From Thermoanaerobaculia bacterium (lineage in GTDB: Bacteria; Acidobacteriota; Thermoanaerobaculia; Multivoradales; UBA5704): a stretch of DNA of 14,363 nucleotides. Every line of letters starts with the position of its first letter. Position 1 is the first letter of the stretch. The position numbers and the translations under genes are program-made. Location of the stretch: contig JBGAGQ010000106.1 of assembly GCA_044226625.1 (NCBI GenBank), forward strand, positions 1-14,363. The letters are read 5' to 3'. Below are positions 1-6,626 of this stretch, piece after piece. The notes beneath the pieces are model-generated. The model saw only the letters and a program-made list of their open reading frames with translations. It was not told where the DNA came from and did no database searches.

Positions 1-20
1 TCGTTCGGCGAACTGCGCCG

Positions 21-56
21 CCCCCACCTCGATCCTCCCCCGCAAGCGGGGGAGGA
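21..56 (+). repeat. REP-like GC-rich palindromic repeat, copy 1
   Basis: CCCCCACCTCGATCCTCCCCCGCAAGCGGGGGAGGA; perfect inverted repeat TCCTCCCCCGC-AA-GCGGGGGAGGA at 33-56; 34/36 identical to copy 3 at 5591-5626. Confidence 0.85.
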
Positions 57-128
57 AGCCCAACCGGCCCCTTTGTGCACTTCGGTTCCACCCACCGCTC
101 CCGACTCCTAATTCTCTCGGCGCAGGGT

Positions 129-165
129 CCCTCCCCCCGCTTGCGGGGGGAGGCCAGGTGGGGGG
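129..165 (-). repeat. REP-like palindromic repeat, copy 2 (inverted relative to copy 1)
   Basis: Reverse complement reads CCCCCCACCTGGCCTCCCCCCGCAAGCGGGGGGAGGG, with the same CCCCCACCT leader and CGC-AA-GCG hairpin. It begins 8 nt past the stop codon of the 174..2594 gene, so it may also act as a 3' hairpin. Confidence 0.8.
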
Positions 166-173
166 CTCTCTTT

Positions 174-2594
174 CTAGTAGTACGAGATGATCAGCTGCGG
201 CCGGTCGGCCGAGGCCGCCTCTCCCGAGTAGAAGCCGACGTAGTCGCTCCCTCCGTCGTCGTTGTCGCCGGTCGTGAAGCGGATGCGGACCTGGGTTTTA
301 CCTCCCCGGTTCACCGCCGCGATTCCGGAAGCGTCGAACGAGCACTCCGACCAGTCGCCGTTGGCCGCCGCGACCGACATCGTGCAGACCGAGGTCGCCG
401 TGCCCGTCGCCTGCCAGTCGGCGTTCTCGAGCGCCGTGTTACCCGAAAAGCCCGCCGTCATCACGTCGACCACCAGGTCGCCGTGGGTCGTGTACGGGCT
501 CGCGCCCGCCACCGTGCCGCGCTTGACCTTCAACCGGGCGACCGCCACGGTGACGGCGTCGGGAACCGCGAGCGTCCCGAAGGAGAGGATGCCGCGGTAC
601 TCCTGATCGGACGAGGAATCTCCCGCGCGGATGGAAGAGGTCGACGAAAGGGTCGAGTTGTTGGAGCCGCCGGTGCTCGAGGTTTCCGTCGATTCGAGCA
701 CGTAGCCGTCGTCGCCCGACTGGGAATAGAACGTCACCGAGTACCCGAGCTTGGGCAGGGCGTAGCTGTCGAAGGCGAGGTTCTCCTTCTCGCTCTCGGA
801 CGAGCTACCGGGATAGTAGTGGCGTGTATCGGTCCAGGCGACGAACGCGCGGGAGTCGACGACGTCGAGCCCGATGTACTCGCCATACTGGTTCGGGTTG
901 TAGTTGCCGTTGTCCGTGCTGTTCTCGTCCGAGGTCGAGACGGCGCTGTTGTTGAACTCTGCCGACGCGCCCGAGAGCTGGCGGTTGCTCCACGTGGCGC
1001 CGCAATCCTTTGAATTGCCCAGGTAGAGATCGACCTCCTTGTTCGAGGCGACGTTGCGCGCGTCGAGCCAGGCGGTGACCACCTCGCCGTCGTACTGATC
1101 GACGGCCAGGAACGGATTGAACTGGACGACGCCCGTGGTGCCGGAATCGTTGACCCGCACCGGCGTGTCCCAGGTCGTGCCGCTGTCGGTCGAGCGGGTG
1201 ACCCAGATGTCGGTGTCCTTCACGGCTCCGGCCGCTTCGAAGTCGGCGTAGGTGATGTAGAGGTTCGCGTTGCACGCGCCGCCCGAGCGATCGACGTCGA
1301 TCGCGCCCATCGGTCCGATGCAACGATCGTTCTGCGCTTTCGGGCAGGAGGCGCTTCCGCTGCTGAAGCTGGTGAGGTTGTGGTCGACCACCAGCACCGG
1401 CGTCGACCAGGTGGTCCCGCCGTTGCTCGACTGGGTATAGAACAACCGCTCGTTCGAGCAGCTGGAGAACCCGCAGGTCAGCGTCTCGAAGATCACGTGG
1501 ATCTTGCCGTTGGTCTGCACCGCGATGTCGCATCCCAGGTCGAGGCCGCCGCCGGACGGGGTGGGCAGGTCGACCTCCGTCCAGGTGGCGCCCGAGTCGG
1601 TCGAATAGGCGAACTTCTCGTCGTTGTTGCGATCCCAGCAGGTGTAGTGACGGCCGTAGTAGCTGCTGCTGGCGGTGTTGTCGATGTAGTAGAAGTTCTT
1701 GTCTTCGATGTCGGAGGTGGACCAGCTGTTCTTGACCACCCCCTGGCCGGCCCAGGTGGCGCCGCCGTCGGTCGAGCGGGCGACGACCATCGAGTAGGCG
1801 TACGAGCCTCCCGAATAGCAGATCAACATGTAGTTCAGGTAGACCGTGTTGCCGTCGCTCCACGAGAGCGCGGGATCGCTGCCGAACACGGTACCGCCGC
1901 AGGCCGGGAGCGAAGGATAGTCGGAGGCCCCGGGGGCGCAGGTGTAGTCCCAGGTGGTGCCGCCGTCGCTGGAATAGAAGACGGCCTGGATGCCGCCGCC
2001 GCAGCTGCCGCTCATCGAATCCCAGGTGTTCGCCGCGGCGACGATCTGGCTGGTGTCGTTGGGATTCGCCGCGATCTGCACCTCGCCCTGGTAATCCTCC
2101 GGGCTCGGGCTGGAGCCGGAGGCGATGTTTCGATCGGTACCGGAGGAGACGCGCGAGACCGCCGTCGCCCCGGTGTCGATCGGCGCCCCGGCGAGCTTGG
2201 CGTCGACCACGACGTCACCGTAGAGCTCGCGCGCGAACTTCTCGTGGAGGCGCATCCACCGAACATGCCACTCGTCGACGACCCGTGGGACCGCGACCTC
2301 GTAGTGGCGCCGCTCCATGTCGATCGACAACATCTCCCGCGGCGAGATCGGAAGCTCCTTGAGATACGCGTCGATCGCCGCGGTGTCGTTCATTTTGCCG
2401 AGGCGCCCTGGCTCGAGCGCCTTGAGCTTCGCGCTCTGCCGCGCTTCCTCATAGAGCGGGGTGAGCAAGGCGCGGCGGGCGGAGGGCTCCATCTCCCCTC
2501 CTTGCGCCGCAGCCGGGGGGACGGCGGTCCAGAGGGTGGCCGAGATCGCGACGGACAAAGCGGTGCCAGAGAACCAGGCGAACCTGTTCTTCAT
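174..2594 (-). CDS. Secreted Asp-box/BNR (sialidase-fold-like) beta-propeller protein with C-terminal DNRLRE-like domain, 806 aa
   Basis: Start reassigned to ATG 2594 (MKNRFAWF...), preceded by an AAAGGA SD and followed by a Sec signal peptide ending PPAAA-Q. Six Asp-boxes: SSDGGTTW, STDGGATW, STDSGATW, SSNGGTTW, STDSGTTW, SKDCGATW. Many Cys. The last ~190 aa (YSVTFYSQSGDDGYV...YRGILSF...RPQLIISYY) resemble DNRLRE-type beta-sandwich domains. No FRIP motif of canonical GH33 sialidases was seen. Confidence 0.85.
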   Translation of the reverse strand: MKNRFAWFSGTALSVAISATLWTAVPPAAAQGGEMEPSARRALLTPLYEEARQSAKLKALEPGRLGKMNDTAAIDAYLKELPISPREMLSIDMERRHYEVAVPRVVDEWHVRWMRLHEKFARELYGDVVVDAKLAGAPIDTGATAVSRVSSGTDRNIASGSSPSPEDYQGEVQIAANPNDTSQIVAAANTWDSMSGSCGGGIQAVFYSSDGGTTWDYTCAPGASDYPSLPACGGTVFGSDPALSWSDGNTVYLNYMLICYSGGSYAYSMVVARSTDGGATWAGQGVVKNSWSTSDIEDKNFYYIDNTASSSYYGRHYTCWDRNNDEKFAYSTDSGATWTEVDLPTPSGGGLDLGCDIAVQTNGKIHVIFETLTCGFSSCSNERLFYTQSSNGGTTWSTPVLVVDHNLTSFSSGSASCPKAQNDRCIGPMGAIDVDRSGGACNANLYITYADFEAAGAVKDTDIWVTRSTDSGTTWDTPVRVNDSGTTGVVQFNPFLAVDQYDGEVVTAWLDARNVASNKEVDLYLGNSKDCGATWSNRQLSGASAEFNNSAVSTSDENSTDNGNYNPNQYGEYIGLDVVDSRAFVAWTDTRHYYPGSSSESEKENLAFDSYALPKLGYSVTFYSQSGDDGYVLESTETSSTGGSNNSTLSSTSSIRAGDSSSDQEYRGILSFGTLAVPDAVTVAVARLKVKRGTVAGASPYTTHGDLVVDVMTAGFSGNTALENADWQATGTATSVCTMSVAAANGDWSECSFDASGIAAVNRGGKTQVRIRFTTGDNDDGGSDYVGFYSGEAASADRPQLIISYY

Positions 2595-2822
2595 CGAAGG
2601 AATCCTTTCTTTCGAACGGCTGTTGAAGAGACCGGCGCGACACCGCGCCGGGTGCATCAGTGTTCTTCTGGGCAAAGAACACGCGGCAAGACGAAAACTT
2701 GCGCCCGGCCCCCTAGAAAAAACAACGACGAGCGAGGGGTGGATCCACCTCCCGTTCCTCGCCCCCTGCGGAATCGACCGGGCTCGATCGTCGAGCCCTC
2801 CCTGGCCTTGTGTCGAGCCCTC

Positions 2823-2852
2823 TTGACCTCGACCCCGAGCAGGGTCTAGGGT
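2823..2852 (+). promoter_or_regulatory. Putative sigma70-type promoter for the 2911..5517 gene
   Basis: TTGACC (2823-2828), 18-nt spacer, TAGGGT (2847-2852, TANNNT); about 60 nt upstream of the TTG start. Confidence 0.4.
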
Positions 2853-2910
2853 GTCGGCGCTCGTATTTTGACTATCCGGTTCCCTCGGCCTTCGGACAAA
2901 GGAGAATTCC

Positions 2911-5517
2911 TTGAGAAAGCTCGTTCCAAACCCCGCTGTCGCCATGATCCTGGCCACCGCGATCGGCGCTTCCGGGGCGTCGTTCGCCCAGGGGGCGCAA
3001 GCCTCCGCGGCCACCCGTCGCCTGCCCGAGCAGGCCTATGAAACCGTCAAGGAAGAGGGGAGCATCGTCGCGCGCGACCAGTACTACGCGCTGCGACGGC
3101 AGAAGCTCGGCGGCGGCGAGTTCAACGCTGCCGCGGCGCGGCTGCAGGCGATGGAGGAGAAATCGCGGCAGCCGCTCGCGACCCTGCGCACCGGCACGGT
3201 CTGGACCCCCCTCGGCCCGCAGCCGATCCAGAACGGCCAGACGCCGCAGAACGGCTCCAACCGCAGCGACTGCAGCGGCCGCGCGAACGTGATCGCGATC
3301 GACAACGGCGTCGCCGCGCCCTTCCCGGTCTATCTCGGCACCGCCCAGGGCGGCATCTGGAAGACCACCGACAACGGCGCCACCTGGAGCCCGATCACCG
3401 ATTTCCTCGGCTCGCTCGCCGTGGGATCCCTGGTAATCGCCCCCGGCGCCCACACGGCGACCACCGCGACGATCTACCTCGGAACCGGTGAGGCGAACGG
3501 CTCGGCCGACAGCTACGCGGGCGTCGGCATCTACAAGTCGACCGACTCGGGTGCCACCTGGACCGGACCGTTCGGCGGCGCGCAGTTCTTCGGCCGCACG
3601 GTGGGCTCGATCGCGATCGACCGCGCCAACTCGAACATCATGATCGCTACCACCGCCTCGGGCGTCTTCGGTGTCGGCGCGGCTCAGCCGGCCGGTTTGG
3701 CCCCGCGCGGCATCTACCGCTCGACCGACGCCGGGATGACCTGGACCTGCACCACCTGCGGCGCGGGCACGGACAACAACCGGTACAACAACGTGGTCCA
3801 GGATCCGGTCACCTCGACCACCTGGTTCGCCTCGGGCTGGCAGTCGGGTCTCGGCGCCGGAACGCTGAACGGCGGCGTGGTCAAGTCGGTCGACAACGGC
3901 CTCACCTGGACGCAGGTCGCCGGCACCGGCGGTCTGCCGGCGGCTTCCGCCACCTGGGGGCGTGCCACCATTGCGGTCGCCAAAGCGCCGGCCGACACGC
4001 TCGCGACCTACTACCTCGGCAACAGCTTCACCAACGCCGGTCAGAACCCTGGCCGCATCTACAAGTCGACCGACGGCGGCGTCAACTGGACGCAGCTCAC
4101 GGCGGCGAACGGTTACTGCGGCGGCCAGTGCTTCTACGACCAGCCGGTCTGGGCGCAGCCGGACGATCCGATGATCGTCTACCACGGCGGCGCGGGCGCG
4201 GTCGCCTCGGCCGGCATTACGCTGTCGAACGTGCGGCGTTCGACCAACGGCGGCACGTCGTTCTCGGACATCATGATCAGCGCCGACGCGACGACCGCGG
4301 TCCACTCCGATACCCATTACCTCCTCACCGATCCGACCACCCCGACGACCCTCTGGGTCGCCTCGGACGGCGGTGTCTGGCGCTCGACCGACCGTGGCAC
4401 GAACTGGCAGAACCGTAACGCCAACATCAACACGGTCCAGTTCACCGGCGTCGACCTGCACCCGACCAACGCGAACATCGCCTACGGCGGTACCCAGGAC
4501 AACGGCACCAACACCGGCAACGGCTCGTTCGGCTGGATGCACTCGGACGACGGCGACGGCGGCTTCGCGCTGATCGACCAGACCGATCCGAACAACGTCG
4601 TCCACACCTACTTCAACCAGTCGGGGAGCCTGCTCGCCTCGACCACCTCCCTGCTCGGTCCGACTTCGGGTCCGAACGACTACACGACGATCGTGGGCGC
4701 TTGCTCGGCGGCGTCCTGCGGCGTCACCGTCAACAACGGCATCAACATCAGTGACCGGGTGCTCTTCTACGCTCCGCTCGCGCTCGATCGGGGTGCCACC
4801 GACACGTTCTACTACGGAACCAACAAGCTCTACCGCTCCCCGGGCTTCTTCGCCGCGGCCCAGACGGCCACGCCGACGACGGTCATCTTTACCGCGCTCG
4901 GTACCGGCGCGGGCGGCCAGGACCTCACCGCGGGCGGCGGAGCGATCAGCGCGATCGAGACCTTCGCGGCTCAGGCCCCGGCTCACGGCGGCACCAACGC
5001 GGCGATCATCTTCACCGGCTCGTCCGACGGCCGCATCTTCCGCTCGATCGACACCGGCGCGAGCTTCACCCTGGTCGATTCGCCGAACCTCTACGTCTCC
5101 GACGTGGTGGTCAACCCGAGCAACTCGCAGGTCGTCTACGCCTCGCTCTCCGGCTTCTCCGCGAGCGCGGGTCTGAACGTGCGTAAGTCGATCGACGGGG
5201 GCACCACCTGGCTGCCGTCCGGCGTCGGCATTCCCAACATCCCGGTCAACGCTCTGGCGGTCGACCCGACCGACAACAACCGGATCTGGGCCGGCACCGA
5301 CATCGGCGTCTACGTCTCGTTCAACGCCGGTGGCAACTGGGCGCCGTACGGCACGGGCCTGCCGAACGTCGCAGTCATGGACATGAAGGCGGTCGCGATT
5401 CCGGCGGGCAGCCCGGCAGGACAGATCGTCGTCTCCACCCACGGCCGCGGCATGTGGAAGCTCTCGGGTCTCACCCCCGCCGAGCTGATCGACTTCTCGG
5501 TCGAGTCGACCAACTAG
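2911..5517 (+). CDS. Secreted BNR/Asp-box repeat (VPS10/GH74-like) beta-propeller protein, putative glycoside hydrolase or binding protein, 868 aa
   Basis: TTG start with AAAGGAG SD just upstream; signal peptide ending ASFA-Q. About 10 Asp-boxes: TTDNGATW, STDSGATW, STDAGMTW, SVDNGLTW, STDGGVNW, STNGGTSF, STDRGTNW, SIDTGASF, SIDGGTTW, SFNAGGNW. Family-type motifs SGRANVIAID, YLGTAQGGIWK, YLGTGE, GGTQDNG, DGDGG, THGRGMW. Strong C/G third-position codon bias. Confidence 0.9.
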   Translation: MRKLVPNPAVAMILATAIGASGASFAQGAQASAATRRLPEQAYETVKEEGSIVARDQYYALRRQKLGGGEFNAAAARLQAMEEKSRQPLATLRTGTVWTPLGPQPIQNGQTPQNGSNRSDCSGRANVIAIDNGVAAPFPVYLGTAQGGIWKTTDNGATWSPITDFLGSLAVGSLVIAPGAHTATTATIYLGTGEANGSADSYAGVGIYKSTDSGATWTGPFGGAQFFGRTVGSIAIDRANSNIMIATTASGVFGVGAAQPAGLAPRGIYRSTDAGMTWTCTTCGAGTDNNRYNNVVQDPVTSTTWFASGWQSGLGAGTLNGGVVKSVDNGLTWTQVAGTGGLPAASATWGRATIAVAKAPADTLATYYLGNSFTNAGQNPGRIYKSTDGGVNWTQLTAANGYCGGQCFYDQPVWAQPDDPMIVYHGGAGAVASAGITLSNVRRSTNGGTSFSDIMISADATTAVHSDTHYLLTDPTTPTTLWVASDGGVWRSTDRGTNWQNRNANINTVQFTGVDLHPTNANIAYGGTQDNGTNTGNGSFGWMHSDDGDGGFALIDQTDPNNVVHTYFNQSGSLLASTTSLLGPTSGPNDYTTIVGACSAASCGVTVNNGINISDRVLFYAPLALDRGATDTFYYGTNKLYRSPGFFAAAQTATPTTVIFTALGTGAGGQDLTAGGGAISAIETFAAQAPAHGGTNAAIIFTGSSDGRIFRSIDTGASFTLVDSPNLYVSDVVVNPSNSQVVYASLSGFSASAGLNVRKSIDGGTTWLPSGVGIPNIPVNALAVDPTDNNRIWAGTDIGVYVSFNAGGNWAPYGTGLPNVAVMDMKAVAIPAGSPAGQIVVSTHGRGMWKLSGLTPAELIDFSVESTN

Positions 5518-5530
5518 TCTCCTGCCTCAA

Positions 5531-5569
5531 CCCTCGCCGCCCGGGCCGCAAGGCCCGGGCGGTGAAGGG
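5531..5569 (+). terminator. Strong hairpin after the 2911..5517 gene (terminator or 3' stabiliser)
   Basis: 14-bp stem 5534-5547/5552-5565 with one G-U pair, closed by a GCAA tetraloop, 13 nt after the stop codon; no U-tract. Confidence 0.55.
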
Positions 5570-5590
5570 CTCTGCATCCCTCCCGGAGAG

Positions 5591-5626
5591 CCACCACCTC
5601 GGTCCTCCCCCGCAAGCGGGGGAGGA
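5591..5626 (+). repeat. REP-like palindromic repeat, copy 3
   Basis: CCACCACCTCGGTCCTCCCCCGCAAGCGGGGGAGGA, two mismatches to copy 1; followed by a partial inverted copy GCTTGCGGGGG at 5631-5641. Confidence 0.85.
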
Positions 5627-5856
5627 GGCTGCTTGCGGGGGTCGCTTTCGCCTCCTGGATCGGCACATCTCGAACTGTTTGATTTCCAGGTAGCTCGGTG
5701 TACCTCCCGAGCCCGAATCCCCTCGTCCGTCCCGACAGAAAAAGAAACTCCCCACAGGCGGCGTTTGCCCGCAGGGCGCTCCAGCTTCGAGGAGCTTCGC
5801 TTAGGGCGACCGGAGGGGAAGCTCCTCCTCCGGCCGGACACGACGGCGGCGAGATC

Positions 5857-6531
5857 CTAGTTCGACTTGCTCGGGATCTTCGGCAGCAGCCAGCCGAGGA
5901 ACGCCTCTTCGGAACGGCTCTGCATCAGGACCCTTCCCGGGCCGGTGAGGCGGCAGACGAGCCCTTCGCCTCCCAGCAGGGTCGACTTCCAACCGCCGGA
6001 GCCCTGGACGGTGAACTGGACGGAGGCGTCCATGCCGACGATGTGGCCGGTGTCCACGACGTACGACTGCCCGGCGGAGAGGACCCGCTCCTCGATCGCC
6101 CCGTAGGAGCAGGCGACCACTTTGCCAGCGCCGCCCACCTTGAGCAGGACCAGACCGCCGCCGCCGAAGAAACCCTTGGCGCCGCCCCAGCTCGCGTCCA
6201 TCGACACGCCCATCTCGCTCGCGACGTAGGCGCCGCTACGCAGCAGGAACTCGCTGCCCGAGATATTGAGCGTGATCAGGTCGCCCGGAAGGTCGGCCGC
6301 GAGCGTGATCTCGCCGCCGCCGGCCGGCGCCTTCCAGGTGTTCTGAAAGAAGCTCTCGCCCGCGACCATTCGCTTCAGGCCGCCGAGAAAGCCCCCCTGC
6401 GCTTTGGTTTCAGTCGTCAGCCCGTCGCTGTGGCTCACCATCGCACCCGGCTCCACCTTGATCTCCTCGTTGCTTGCCAGCTGGACGACGGCGAGAGCGA
6501 ACGCGGGTTGATGCTTGATCGTGACTTCCAT
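5857..6531 (-). CDS. AIM24 / TIGR00266 family protein, 224 aa
   Basis: Motifs EEIKVEPGAMVS, GLKRMVAGESFFQN, FFGGGGLVLLKVGGAG, YVVDTGHIVG, GGEGLVCRLTGPGRVLMQSR; AAAGGGGAG SD before ATG. Confidence 0.92.
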   Translation of the reverse strand: MEVTIKHQPAFALAVVQLASNEEIKVEPGAMVSHSDGLTTETKAQGGFLGGLKRMVAGESFFQNTWKAPAGGGEITLAADLPGDLITLNISGSEFLLRSGAYVASEMGVSMDASWGGAKGFFGGGGLVLLKVGGAGKVVACSYGAIEERVLSAGQSYVVDTGHIVGMDASVQFTVQGSGGWKSTLLGGEGLVCRLTGPGRVLMQSRSEEAFLGWLLPKIPSKSN

Positions 6532-6626
6532 GGTCTCCCCTTTAGGTATGCCCTTTCAGCAGGGTGTAGAAGAACAGCTCGGTCGAACGACGAGACTTCA
6601 CGAAATCAATCGGCGCTATGGACGCC

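Noticed and set aside
21-165. Repeat-spacer-repeat as a mini CRISPR array
   Set aside because: The copies are inverted rather than direct, the spacer is ~72 nt, and there is no leader or cas gene.
174-2594. Calling the protein a true GH33 sialidase (nanH/nanA)
   Set aside because: Asp-boxes are structural and shared by many propellers; no FRIP motif and no sialic-acid catabolism genes are nearby.
2595-3014. 140-aa N-terminal extension of the 174..3014 ORF
   Set aside because: It overlaps the start of the divergent gene and crosses the control region; the SD and signal peptide point to ATG 2594.
2872-5442. 856-aa antisense ORF opposite the plus-strand propeller gene
   Set aside because: Shadow ORF. 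Strong C/G third-position bias on the sense strand removes antisense stops; the product is R/G/V/A-rich with no motifs.
5454-5860. Short ORFs (75-104 aa) across the convergent intergenic region
   Set aside because: They run through repeats and hairpins, lack SDs and coding-like codon bias, and show no recognisable motifs.
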